Below the pieces are notes generated by a model, which saw only the letters and a program-made list of their open reading frames with translations, did not search any database and was not told the origin of the DNA. Shown piece after piece: positions 20,122 to 33,122 of a DNA stretch of 64,000 bases (its first letter is position 1; the number at the start of each line of letters is the position of its first letter). The stretch is taken from the NCBI GenBank assembly GCA_963771355.1, contig CAVYTA010000005.1:928001-992000 (forward strand), read 5' to 3'. This stretch comes from an uncultured Candidatus Rokubacteria bacterium. GTDB lineage: Bacteria > Methylomirabilota > Methylomirabilia > Rokubacteriales > CSP1-6. The translations under genes were made by a program, and so were the position numbers.

Positions 20122-21611
20122 CCGGTGCCGGCGGGATCCTCGCCGTCTGGCTCTCGCCCGCGGTCTGGCTCACTCTGCCCGCACTGTTCCTTGCGCACGG
20201 CGCGGGCGCGCTGTGGCCCGGTCTGCTTCTGGTGGCGGCCCCGCTACTCGCGCTCGCGGTTCGGCGCGCTCCATCGGACCCGCGGCAGCGCGCGCCGGTG
20301 CCGCTGATCCACATCGTCATTCTCTTTCTTGCCGTGGGCGTGCTCATCTGGGCGGGACTCATCATGGCGGGCGACGTGGCGCTGCGGCTCGGGGGCCCGC
20401 GCTGGCACGGTATCGCCCTGGCCGCCTGCGGCGGGCTCCTCCTCACCGCCTGGCGGGGAGCCGGCCGCGCGCTCCCGGCGCTGCTGCTGATCGCGGCCCT
20501 CGGCCTGGGCCTGCCGCTGGTGCTGCTGGCGCGCGTTGCCGGCGTGGGCCCGCTGGATGCCTGGCGGGTGGTGGCCACCCGCCCGGCCTTCACCTTTCCC
20601 CCCGGGAGCCCGTGGGTGGCGGAGGGCCGCGATCTCCGTTTCGCCCAGGGTCACCGGGCCCTGCACTTCCAGGAGGAGCACCGGCTCACCGCGGCGGGCG
20701 AGGCGGCGCTGCGCCTCGGCACCCGCGACGGGCGGCAGACGACGGAGCGCGCGATCTCGCTGGCCGCGGGCCAGTCCCTGACGGTGCGTCCCGGCGACCG
20801 GCTCGAGGCCACGCCCGGCGCGCGCCTGCGCTTCGAGACGGGCCGTCGCGTGCCCGGCGCTCCCGACACGGGCGTGGCCTGGGCCGCCGGCGCGGCGGGC
20901 GGCACGCGCGCCGGATTCCTCCAGCGCCTGGGGCTGGCGGTCACCGTGCTGGGCGGTGGCATCGCGCTGCTCGGGCCCCCGCTCGTCGGGCGTCCCTCGC
21001 GCCGCGCGCTCGCGGTGGTGGGGGTGGCGCTGGTCGGCGTGCTCTGGCTCGCGCAGGGCTGGGCGGTGTACACGGCGCTGCGCGCACCGGAAGTGTTCCT
21101 CGGCGGCATCTCGCCGGAATGGCTGCTCGACGTGCCGGCGCTCGTGCTCACCAGCCGGACCAGCGCGTGGCGGGCGCAGACGATGCTCGTCATCGCGGTG
21201 GCGGCGGGCTTTCTCGCGTCCACGGTGGCGCTGCGCGCGCGGCTGTCGGCCGCGGACACCACCGGCGGCGGCGAGATCGGCAGCGATCTCGGCCTCTGGA
21301 GCATGGTCTTCGGCGTGGCCGCGCTGGCGAGCCTCTGGGCGGTGGATCCGTGGCGGCTCGCGCTGGCGGCGCTCGGCGCGGCGGCGGCGGTGCTGGTGCC
21401 GGCCGCCCTGCTTCCCGGCGCGGCCTCGCGGCCGGTGGTGGCGACGGCGGCGGGCCTCGCGGGTCTCACCGTGTTCGCGCTGCTCCTGCTCGCCGGCCGC
21501 CTGGGGGGCGGAGGCTCGTGGCTGGACCCGGTATACGAGCAGCCCGCGCTGGCCGCCGTGCCCGCCGGCATTGTCGTGCTGTGGCTCGGCGCGCGGCGCG
21601 CGGGCGCCTGA
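20118..21611 (+). CDS. Polytopic membrane protein, possibly a divergent sodium:solute symporter
   Basis: Many TM segments with a central soluble insert; no firm family motif. Confidence 0.5.
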   Translation: MTGAGGILAVWLSPAVWLTLPALFLAHGAGALWPGLLLVAAPLLALAVRRAPSDPRQRAPVPLIHIVILFLAVGVLIWAGLIMAGDVALRLGGPRWHGIALAACGGLLLTAWRGAGRALPALLLIAALGLGLPLVLLARVAGVGPLDAWRVVATRPAFTFPPGSPWVAEGRDLRFAQGHRALHFQEEHRLTAAGEAALRLGTRDGRQTTERAISLAAGQSLTVRPGDRLEATPGARLRFETGRRVPGAPDTGVAWAAGAAGGTRAGFLQRLGLAVTVLGGGIALLGPPLVGRPSRRALAVVGVALVGVLWLAQGWAVYTALRAPEVFLGGISPEWLLDVPALVLTSRTSAWRAQTMLVIAVAAGFLASTVALRARLSAADTTGGGEIGSDLGLWSMVFGVAALASLWAVDPWRLALAALGAAAAVLVPAALLPGAASRPVVATAAGLAGLTVFALLLLAGRLGGGGSWLDPVYEQPALAAVPAGIVVLWLGARRAGA

Positions 21612-21615
21612 TCCG

Positions 21616-22815
21616 ATGGCCGCCGCGCCGGACGACAAGGGGGCGCTGTACACGCGCGCCCTCCTGGCCGCGATCGCGATCACCATCGCCATCCACGTGG
21701 CGACCTATTTGCTCCAGGCCGTGCTGCCCTTTCACGCGACCGCGCTGGGCGCGACCGGCACCCAGGTGGGCTTTCTCTTCTCGATGAACGCGGGAGTGGC
21801 CATGTTCCTCCGTCCCGCGGTCGGAGGCTGGGTGGACCGCTACGGGGTGCGCGTGGTGCTCGTGCCGGGCGTGCTGGTGCTCGCCCTCACCTCGCTGGCC
21901 TTTCACGCGGCGGCGTCGCCGGTCGCGCTCATCGCGCTGATGGCCGGCATCGGGCTGTCCAACGGGCTGGTCTCCACCGCGGCGGGCGTGCTGGCGGCGC
22001 AGGCGACGGTGCCGGCGCGCCGCGGGGAGGCCCTCGGTGTCTACTACGTGGCGACGTCGCTGGCGGTGACGATGGCGGCGCCGGGCGGCATCGCGCTCTA
22101 CCGCTGGGGCGGCATACGGCCCGCCTACGTGGTGGTCACCGTGCTGGCCGTCACCATCGCGGCGCTCACGTTCCTCATGACGCCGGCGGGCCCGTCCGGC
22201 CCGCCCGCCGCCTCGGCACGGTTCCGGTTCTGGAGCCGGCACGCGCTGGGGCCGGCCGCGGTGATGGTGCTGGTGACCCTGGGCTGGAGCTCGATCGTCG
22301 GGTTCGTGCCCCTGCATGCCGTGCGCCACGGCCTCGACGCCGTGCTGCCATGGTTCTTCGGCATCTACTCGGGCTGGCTGCTGCTCTGCCGGGTCCTCCT
22401 GCGCGGCCTCTCCGATCAGATCGGGCGCGCGCGCGTGCTCGTGCCCGCCATGGCCGCCTCCGCGCTGGGCTTCCTGCTCCTGGCCCTGACGCCGCCCAGC
22501 GCGATGGTGCTGCTCGTCGCGGCCTTTCTCCTCGGCACCGGCGCCTCGCTGACGTATCCGACCATGGTGGCGCTGCTGGTGGACCGCACCCCGGACCGCG
22601 AGCGCGGGCTCGCCATGGGCACGCTGTCCGCCTCCTGGGATGTGGGCGTCGTGGTGGGCTCGGCACTGGTGGGCGCCGTCATCGAGCGCGCCTCCTTCGG
22701 CACGGGCTTCGGCGTGGGCGCGGCGGGCGCCTGCGCGGCGGTGGCCCTCTTTCTCGCGTTGGAGCGTCGCCTCGATCGGGCGCCCGCTTACTCTCGGCCA
22801 GCGGCCGGGGTATGA
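21616..22815 (+). CDS. MFS transporter
   Basis: GGWVDRYG and GLSDQIGR motif A copies; about 12 TM segments. Confidence 0.85.
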   Translation: MAAAPDDKGALYTRALLAAIAITIAIHVATYLLQAVLPFHATALGATGTQVGFLFSMNAGVAMFLRPAVGGWVDRYGVRVVLVPGVLVLALTSLAFHAAASPVALIALMAGIGLSNGLVSTAAGVLAAQATVPARRGEALGVYYVATSLAVTMAAPGGIALYRWGGIRPAYVVVTVLAVTIAALTFLMTPAGPSGPPAASARFRFWSRHALGPAAVMVLVTLGWSSIVGFVPLHAVRHGLDAVLPWFFGIYSGWLLLCRVLLRGLSDQIGRARVLVPAMAASALGFLLLALTPPSAMVLLVAAFLLGTGASLTYPTMVALLVDRTPDRERGLAMGTLSASWDVGVVVGSALVGAVIERASFGTGFGVGAAGACAAVALFLALERRLDRAPAYSRPAAGV

Positions 22816-22824
22816 TCGGGGATC

Positions 22825-25598
<2,774 letters not shown>

Positions 25599-25602
<4 letters not shown>

Positions 25603-27026
25603 GGCGCACCAAGATCGTCTGCACCATCGGACCGGCTTCCTCGAGCCGCGAGATGCTGGACCGGCTCGTGGCCGCCGGGATGGACGTGGCCCGGCTCAAC
25701 TTCTCGCACGGCACCCACGAGGAGCACGCGGAGGTGATGCGGTCCATCCGCGAGGGCGAGGCCACCTGGGGCCACCCCGTCACCATCGTGCAGGACCTCC
25801 AGGGCCCGAAGGTGCGGCTCGGCCGCTTCGTGGGCGGGCAGGCGCTCCTGCTCAACGGCGAGACCTTCACGCTGTCGGCCAAGAACATCATGGGTACCGA
25901 CACGCGGGCCACGCTGTCGCATCCCGAGTTCCTCCCCGTGCTCAAGAAGGGCGATCAGGTGTGGATGGACGACGGGATGATCCAGCTCGTGGTGGAGTCG
26001 GCGTCCGCGGAGGAGGCGGTGTGCCGGGTGACGGCGGGTGGGGTGGTGTCCGATCACAAGGGCATCTCGCTACCGCGCATTCCGGTGCCGGTGGCCTCGC
26101 TCACCGAGAAGGACCGCGAGGACCTGCGCTTCGGCATCGCCCAGGGCGTGGACTACGTGGCGGTGTCCTTCGTGCGCAACGTCGCCGACATCCAGGAGGT
26201 GCGGAAGTTCATCCACGCCCAGGGGGCGGATCTTCCCATCATCGCCAAGCTCGAGCGCGCCGAGGTGATGGGCAACCTGCCCGGCATCCTCCCGCTGGTG
26301 GACGCGGTGATGGTGGCGCGCGGCGACCTCGGCGTGGAGGTACCGCTGGAGGACGTGCCGGTGATCCAGAAGGAGATCATCCGGCAGGCGCGGCTGGCCA
26401 AGGTGCCGGTGATCGTCGCCACCCAGATGCTCGAGTCCATGGTGCGCCACATCCGCCCCACGCGCGCCGAGGTGACCGACGTGGCCACCGCCATCTTCGA
26501 CGGTGCCGACGCCACCATGCTCTCGGCGGAGACGGCGACCGGGCGTTTCCCCGCGGAGACGGTGCGGGTGATGGCGCGCATCGCGGAGCGCGCGGAACAG
26601 GCGTTGTCCAAGAACCCCGCGGACCAGCGCCGCGGGGAGCGCGGGGAGGCCTACGGCTTCCCGGAGGCCACCTCGCAGGCGGCCTGCCACGCCGCGCGGG
26701 TGCTGCACGCCAAGGCCATCGTGGCCTTCACCCAGTCGGGGTTCACCGCGCGTCTCATCTCGGAGGAGCGGCCGGACGTGCCCATCCTCGCGCTGACGCC
26801 CTTCCCCGAGGTGCAGCGGCGGCTCGGCCTCTACTGGGGAGTCGTCTCGCGCCTGATCCGGAAGGTGGAGACCACCGACGAGATGGTCGACGAGATCGAG
26901 TCCACCCTGCTGTCCGACGGGACCGTGCGCAACAACGACGTGCTCGTCATCATCTCGGGCGCGCCGATGTGGGTGACCGGGACCACCAATCTGCTGAAGT
27001 TCCACCGCGTCGGCGAGCGCCGCTAG
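25599..27026 (+). CDS. pyk: Pyruvate kinase
   Basis: [36 protein letters not shown]. Confidence 0.97.
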
Positions 27027-27151
27027 TGCCGGGCCAATTGACTTCGCCATACTTCGTTCTCGGTCGGCGCCGCCCCTCGACGTACAACCACGTACGCCTC
27101 GGGCCGTCGCCTCCCTCGGGCCTCGTCTGGCTCGCCACTTGGCCCGGCACT
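27025..27151. mobile_element. MITE/REP-like non-coding element with 13-bp perfect terminal inverted repeats
   Basis: AGTGCCGGGCCAA at 27025-27037 and TTGGCCCGGCACT at 27139-27151; left end overlaps the pyk TAG stop. Confidence 0.6.
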
Positions 27152-27168
27152 GTTCCAGGGAGACCGTG

Positions 27169-27957
27169 ATGGCCTACCAGACGCTCGGATACGAGGTGAA
27201 GGACGCGATCGCCACCCTCACCCTCAACCGTCCCGACGCCTACAACGCGCTCAACCTCACCCTCGGGCGGGATCTCTTCCACGCCACGCTGGAGGCGGAC
27301 GAGGATCCCGGGGTCCGGTGCATCGTGGTGACGGGGGCGGGGAAGGCCTTCTGCGCGGGCGGCGACGTCAAGGACTTCGCGGAGGCGGGCGACCGCGTGG
27401 GGGTGGTGATCAAGGAGCTGACGACCTATCTCCACGGCGCGGTGTCGCGCCTGGCGCGGACCGCCAAGCCGGTGATCATGGGCATCAATGGCATCGCCGC
27501 CGGCGGCGGGATGAGCTTCGCCCTCGCCGGTGATCTCGTGGTGGCGGCGGAGTCGGCGAAGTTCACCATGGCGTATTCTCGGATTGCGGCCTCCCCCGAC
27601 GGCTCCTCGTCGTATTTCCTGCCGCGCCTGATCGGGCTGCGCCGGGCGCTGGAGCTGCACTACACCAACCGTGTCCTCACCGCCCGCGAGGCACTGGACT
27701 GGGGGCTGGTGAATCGCGTGCATCCGGACGCGGAGTTTCCGGGCGCCCTGGCCGGGCTGGCCCGCGAGCTGGCGGCGGGGCCCACCCTGGCCTTCGGCCG
27801 CGCCAAGCAGCTCTTCCACCAGTCCACGCAGGAAAGCCTGGAGACCCAGATGGAGCTCGAGGCGCAGGCCATCGCCGCCAGCGGCCATACCGCGGACTTC
27901 CAGGCGGGCGTGAAAGCCTTCGCCGCCAAGCAGCCGGTCAGCTTCCGGGGACGCTGA
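27169..27957 (+). CDS. Enoyl-CoA hydratase/isomerase family (PaaG-like)
   Basis: TLNRPDAYNAL, AFCAGGDV, GIAAGGG, SPDGSSSYFLPRLIG. Confidence 0.9.
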   Translation: MAYQTLGYEVKDAIATLTLNRPDAYNALNLTLGRDLFHATLEADEDPGVRCIVVTGAGKAFCAGGDVKDFAEAGDRVGVVIKELTTYLHGAVSRLARTAKPVIMGINGIAAGGGMSFALAGDLVVAAESAKFTMAYSRIAASPDGSSSYFLPRLIGLRRALELHYTNRVLTAREALDWGLVNRVHPDAEFPGALAGLARELAAGPTLAFGRAKQLFHQSTQESLETQMELEAQAIAASGHTADFQAGVKAFAAKQPVSFRGR

Positions 27958-27961
27958 CCGC

Positions 27962-28555
27962 TTGGCCTCGGGAAGCTGGGAAGACGTGGCGCGCGGCTAT
28001 CGGCGCTACCGGCAGCTGCCGGTGTGGGCGGGGCAGAAGGCGATGCCGAATAATCAAGGACTTCTGTCGCGTGAGCTGATCCGGGACATGAAGGCGCGCG
28101 GCGCCAAGGCGGCCGCGGACGTGGAGGCCGCGCTGGCGCGCCTGGTCGGTGAGGCCGCGCTACCAGAGACCCCCCGCACGCTCGAGCAGCGTCACGTGGA
28201 CGGCCTCGCCGCGAAGCGGCGGCTGGGACGGGAGACGCTCGAGGCCCTCTGGGAGGCCATCGTGTTCGACCGGGGCGGCTACACCTGCGCCTACTGCGGC
28301 CGGACGCCGGAGAGCGTCTCCCACGCGGAGGGCCGGCGGCGCGGGCTGCTCCTGGTGGTGGACCACTTCAGCGCCCGCTCGACGCTGGCCGAGCGGCACC
28401 GCCTCGACAATAGCGTCACGTCCTGCGCGTCCTGCCGTGCGGTGAAGGCCGACCTGCCGCGCGATCCCTTCCTCGACGAGCTGCGCTCGCAGGCGAGCGC
28501 GGTGGCGGCGCGGCACGCGCGCTCGGAAGGCGCGCGCGGGGAGGCCGCCGGCTGA
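27962..28555 (+). CDS. HNH-domain protein with degenerate motif
   Basis: YTCAYCG...VVDH...DNSVTSCASCRAVK. Confidence 0.65.
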   Translation: MASGSWEDVARGYRRYRQLPVWAGQKAMPNNQGLLSRELIRDMKARGAKAAADVEAALARLVGEAALPETPRTLEQRHVDGLAAKRRLGRETLEALWEAIVFDRGGYTCAYCGRTPESVSHAEGRRRGLLLVVDHFSARSTLAERHRLDNSVTSCASCRAVKADLPRDPFLDELRSQASAVAARHARSEGARGEAAG

Positions 28556-29924
28556 TGAAGCGCGGCCGCGCGGCGCAGGCCGCGCTCCTGCTCTCCCCCT
28601 TCCTGATTTCCCTCCTGCTGTTCCCGCCCGCCCCGTTTTCGGCTGGTCGCTCTCCGTCGGCTCCACCACCGGCAATCGTGTGGCCGCCGGGCGCGGCAGC
28701 TTTCCGCGCTTTCACGCGTTCGGCATCGCGACCGAGGTGCCGATGCGCTGGGTGGTCCTGCTGGACCCGACGCGGCTCGCCACCGTGGATCGCGAGGGCA
28801 CGATGTGGATCCTCGACGCCTCCCGCAGCGGACTCGGCGTGGCGGCGCGCTACGGCGAGGTGGTGAACCCGGAGGCGCCGCCCGCGGTGGTGGCGCTGGA
28901 CGAAGACCAGGTGGGCCTGGCCCTGATCGGCCGCGACGGCCGCCTCATGCTCTGGAGCGATGAGGCCCTGCGGAGCTACGACGTGGGGGCGCCGCTCTCT
29001 CAGCTCGCCGTTCCCACCCCGGTGCGGCTGACCGGCCAGCACTGGGATGATCTGCTCGCGGTGGCGGCGGACGGCGCGGTGGTGCTCATCGGCGGCCTGC
29101 CCTCGGGGCCCCGCATCGTGTCGCGGGTCGAGGTCCGGGCCTTGCCGGACGCGCGCATCACGCTGGCCGACCTCGACGGCGACGGCATGCCGGAGGCGGT
29201 GATCCTGACCGACCCCACGGAGCGGTACTCGCAGGGCTTGCTGGGGGACCGCGCCGAGGCGGCGAGCGTCACCGTGATCGGCGTCACGCCCTTCGGCCTG
29301 TCGCTGCGGGGGCGGCACGCGCTGCCCACCGCCGTCTTCGAGGATCTCGTTCCCGTGCTCGCGCCGCTCGGTCCGGGGAGCCGCCCCGCGGTGCTGATGG
29401 CGCGGAGCACGGCCCAGCAGGGAACGGTGGTCAGCGCGCTGGGCTGGCGGGACGGGGCACTGGTGGCCCTGGCCGAGAGTCCGCCCGCGGACCAGGCCGA
29501 TCGCTGGATCCACGTGGTGGGGGTGGCCGATCTGTCGCGTGACGGCTCACCCGAGGTGGTGGCGGTGCGCACTCCCCATCTGGGCGGCGTGCTGACCGCC
29601 TATCGCCGCAAGGGGGCCGCGCTCAACGTGGCCGCCCAGGTGGTCGGCTTCGCCTCCCACACCGCGGGCTCGCGCAACGCGGACCAGGCCCTCATCGCGG
29701 ACCTCGACGGGAACGGACGGCTGGAGGTGATCGTGTCCCGCCCGTCGCGGGAGACCCTGGTGGGGCTGGAGCGCAACGGCTCCCGCTTCGTGGAGCGGTG
29801 GAACATCCACCTCCGCGCCGCCATCGAGTCCAACCTGCTCGCCGCCGACGTGGACGGCGACGGGCTGCTCGATCTGGTGGTCGCGGATCGGCGGGCGCTC
29901 TACGTGTTCTTCAGCGTAAGATAG
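28555..29924 (+). CDS. Secreted FG-GAP/VCBS-repeat protein; probable frameshift near 28700-28720
   Basis: Signal peptide in ORF 28555..28866; DLDGDG, DLSRDG, DLDGNG and DVDGDG repeats in ORF 28680..29924. Confidence 0.7.
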
Positions 29925-29929
29925 CGGGC

Positions 29930-30670
29930 ATGCGCCCCCGACTCTTCTATCGCCCCGGCTGAAGCAGCTGCGCCAAGACGAAGGAGCTCCTCACGTCTTG
30001 GGGGGTCGAGTTCGACCCGGTGAACGTCGAAGGAAATCCCGCCGGCCTGGAGGAGCTGCATGCGGCCGGCGTGCCGCTCGTTCCCGCGGTGGTGGTGGAT
30101 GGGCGCGCCGTGCACGGCTGGAATCCGCCCGGCTATGCCGCGCTGCTCGGCGTCGAGTATCACCCGGCGGTGCAGCTCTCGCCCCGTACGCTGGCCACGC
30201 GCCTCGACCACATCCTCGCCTGCACCGGGCGGCTGGTAGCGGCGTTGCCGGCCACCGCGCTCGCCTACAAGCCGCCGGAGCGCGACCGCGACCTGCGCAA
30301 TCTCGGCTTCCACGTGTTCCGCCTGGCGCTGGCCTTCGCCGACGGCATGGACCGGGGCGAGTTCCCCGAAGGTTGGCTGCAGGAAAAGGCGCCCGCCGAC
30401 CTGGTCGACGGACCGTCCATCGCGCGCTACGGCGCGCTGGTGCGCGGCCGCCTGGCCGGCTGGTTCGAGGGGGCGGGGGATGGGGAGTTTGCCCGCACCA
30501 TCGCGGTCTACTACGGGCCGCAGTCCGGGCATGATCTCCTCGAGCGCACGACCTGGCATGCCGCCCAGCATCTCCGCCAGCTCCATGTGATGACGGAGGG
30601 GCTGGGCCTGCGACCGCCGGACCCGCTGCCCGACTTCACCGGCCTGCCCTTGCCCGCGAGTCTCTGGTGA
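29930..30670 (+). CDS. Candidate selenoprotein: glutaredoxin-like (U-S-S-C) domain fused to a DinB-like domain
   Basis: ATG 29930 reads MRPRLFYRPG-TGA(29960-29962)-SSCAKTKELL in frame with ORF 30020..30670; LVPAVVVDG cis-Pro motif; GFHVF and WHAAQH His motifs. Confidence 0.78.
29973..30001 (+). promoter_or_regulatory. Candidate bacterial SECIS hairpin
   Basis: Perfect 8-bp stem CCAAGACG/CGTCTTGG starting 10 nt after the TGA. Confidence 0.5.
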
Positions 30671-30686
30671 GGGGAGGAGGCGTCCG

Positions 30687-31802
30687 GTGAGCCTGATCTC
30701 GAAGTCGGAGTTCGTGGGGCTGGATGGCGTGACGCATCTCTGCACCGGCGGCGAGGCGCCGTGGCTCCGGTCCCACGACGCCGCTTGTGCGCGCTTCGGT
30801 GAGCTCAAGAGCGCGGGCATGGCCGGGCGCGAGGCGATCTTCGGCGTCTACGGGCGTGCCAAGTCGCGCGTGGCGCGCCGGCTCGGCGTGTCCCCCGAGC
30901 GGGTCGCCTTCCTCGCCCATTCCTCCGAGGGCCTGAACCAGGCGGTGCGGGCGGTGGACTGGCGTCGGGGCGACAATGCCGTGTTCGCGGACCTCGAGTA
31001 TCCCTCGCTGGTCTTTCCCGTCGCGGGGCTGGCCGACCGCGGGGTCGAGCCGCGCGTGGTGCGGACGCTGGGCCATCACCTCTCCATGGATGCCCTCGCC
31101 GCCGCGGTGGATGCGCGCACGCGCCTGGTGCTGGTGAGCCAGGTGAGCTATCTCACCGGGCAGCGCCTCGACCTCGCCCGCTGCGCCGAGCTGGCGCGGC
31201 GACGCGGCGCCTGGCTCGCGGTGGACGCGACCCATGCCCTGGGGGTGGTGCCGGTGCCCGGCGACGTCTGCGACTTCGTGGTGTCGTCCTGCTACAAGTG
31301 GCTGCTCGCCACCCACGGGGTGGGCATCTTCGCCTACAGCGCGGAGCGGGTGGGGGAGCTCGCGCCCGCCACCATCGGCTGGCATAGCGTGGAGGGTCGC
31401 GGAGGCTTCGAGGATCCCCTGGCCATGCCGCTCCGTCGGACGGCGGCGCGGCTCGAGGCGGGCAACCCGTCGCTGCTGCCGCTGTTCGTGCTCGACAATG
31501 CGCTCGAGCGCACCGAGGGACTCGACCTCGGCACGGTCGAGCGTCATGCCCAGGCGCTGGGCGCGCGCCTCATCGAGGGGCTCACCGCGCGCGGGCGCAA
31601 GGTGATCACCCCCGAGGCGCCCGCCGAGCGGGCGGGGAATGTCTGTTTCCTCGCCGACGACGCGCGGGGGTTGGCCGACCGCCTCGCCACGCGAAAGGTG
31701 CTCGTCTGGGGGGGCGACGGCCGCATCCGCGTCTCCGCCCACCTCTACAACGATGGGGAGGACGTGGCCGCCTTCTTCGCGGCGATGGACGCGGTCGGCT
31801 AG
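30687..31802 (+). CDS. Aminotransferase class V PLP enzyme (desulfurase/lyase-like)
   Basis: SSEGLN, VDATHALG, SSCYKWL (PLP Lys), RVSAHLYN. Confidence 0.87.
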   Translation: MSLISKSEFVGLDGVTHLCTGGEAPWLRSHDAACARFGELKSAGMAGREAIFGVYGRAKSRVARRLGVSPERVAFLAHSSEGLNQAVRAVDWRRGDNAVFADLEYPSLVFPVAGLADRGVEPRVVRTLGHHLSMDALAAAVDARTRLVLVSQVSYLTGQRLDLARCAELARRRGAWLAVDATHALGVVPVPGDVCDFVVSSCYKWLLATHGVGIFAYSAERVGELAPATIGWHSVEGRGGFEDPLAMPLRRTAARLEAGNPSLLPLFVLDNALERTEGLDLGTVERHAQALGARLIEGLTARGRKVITPEAPAERAGNVCFLADDARGLADRLATRKVLVWGGDGRIRVSAHLYNDGEDVAAFFAAMDAVG

Positions 31803-31806
31803 ATCC

Positions 31807-32385
31807 TTACGGCAGGAGATCCGCCACGCGGATCCGCGCAGCGGGCGCGGCGACCGGCGCGACGGTCTCGTCGCGTCCGAGGGAATGGACTTCCTGGTAA
31901 CGCCATCCCGCCGCCGTCTCGGGCGTCGCCACGGGCTCGCGGTGCACCTCCAGGGTTCCCTCGACCAGGTTGACGATCCAGTAATCCCGAATGCCCGCCC
32001 GAGCATAGAGGGTCGCCTTGCGCCCTCGATCGAGGGCGAGACTGGACTCGGCAACCTCCACGAGGAGGGCGGCGTGGCGCGGATGCCCCCCGCGGAGGTC
32101 GGCGAGCACGCCATGGACGATGCTGAAGTCGGGCTCCGGCTCCGACATCTCATCGAGCGCCAGAGGGAGCTGCATCGCGAGGAGCCACCCGTCGCCAAAG
32201 TGGGGACGGAGGGCCGCGTCGACCCGGCGGATCGCCAGCGCGTGACGGTCGTGCTGGGGTTCCCTCACCAGGAGCAGGCCGTCGAGGAGCTCCAGCCGCT
32301 CGTCCGGCCGGAACAATCCCTTCTCGATCATCTGCTCGTATTCGACTCGCGACCAGCGGCGCGTGTAGACGATCGCCTCGCCCAT
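31807..32385 (-). CDS. Uma2 (DUF820) family endonuclease
   Basis: LELLDG, SEPEPD, LLVEVAESSL..DR..K..LYA.AGI.DYWIVNL. Confidence 0.88.
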   Translation of the reverse strand: MGEAIVYTRRWSRVEYEQMIEKGLFRPDERLELLDGLLLVREPQHDRHALAIRRVDAALRPHFGDGWLLAMQLPLALDEMSEPEPDFSIVHGVLADLRGGHPRHAALLVEVAESSLALDRGRKATLYARAGIRDYWIVNLVEGTLEVHREPVATPETAAGWRYQEVHSLGRDETVAPVAAPAARIRVADLLP

Positions 32386-32426
32386 GCGCTCACGTCAGCG
32401 AAGCGACGCAAGGGCTGTCAATGTCC

Positions 32427-33098
32427 TCACCCGGAGACGCCCGGCGAGAGCACGCGGAAGCCGTAGTCGGAGTAACGGAGCGTGGGGGGCAGGGACGAGC
32501 GGTGCGCCACCGGACTCCAGGGATCCTGGTGCCGCCACGCGCCGCCACGGGAGACGCGACGCGTGCCGGTCGACGGCCCCGGAGGATTCCGCTCCGGTGA
32601 GACCGCGTAGTAGCCGGCATCCTCCCAGTCCTGGCACCACTCGTGGCAGACGCCGGACAGCGCGTGAAGCCCGAGCGGGTTCGGCTTGCCCTCGGTGACG
32701 CGCGGGGGGCGCTCGGCGCGCCCGGTGCCGGGATGCGCGTCCCCCCACGGAAAGCGCGCGTGCTCGACGCCTCCGCGCGCGGCCTTTTCCCACTCCGCTT
32801 CGGTGGGGAGGCGGACGGGCCGGCCCTCGACGCCGGAGAGCCACTCGCAGTACGCGACGGCCTCCGCCCAGGCGACGCCGACCACTGGTTGCTCGGGGTC
32901 CGCGAAGTCGGCGTGCGTCCACCAGGGCGGCGGCGCGGCGCCGCCCGCCGCGAGAAAGCGCGCGAACTCGGCGTTGGTCACCGGGTAGCGGCCCACCGCG
33001 AAGGCATCCAGCCACACGCGATGGCGCGGCCGCTCGGCGGGAGGGCCCGCCTCCCAGCCCATCCAGAACCAGCCCGCCGGGACCTCCACCAGCTCCAC
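32427..33098 (-). CDS. Formylglycine-generating enzyme (FGE-sulfatase) domain protein
   Basis: VPAGWFWMG, YPVTNAEF, RLPTEAEWEKAARGG, RGGAW, GFRV. Confidence 0.87.
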   Translation of the reverse strand: MELVEVPAGWFWMGWEAGPPAERPRHRVWLDAFAVGRYPVTNAEFARFLAAGGAAPPPWWTHADFADPEQPVVGVAWAEAVAYCEWLSGVEGRPVRLPTEAEWEKAARGGVEHARFPWGDAHPGTGRAERPPRVTEGKPNPLGLHALSGVCHEWCQDWEDAGYYAVSPERNPPGPSTGTRRVSRGGAWRHQDPWSPVAHRSSLPPTLRYSDYGFRVLSPGVSG

Positions 33099-33122
33099 GG
33101 CTCGGAGTATAATCGCCGGACC

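Noticed and set aside
31807..32385. Uma2 and HNH genes as an anti-phage or mobile system
   Set aside because: They are solitary and 3 kb apart, with no methylase, ATPase, integrase or repeat array.
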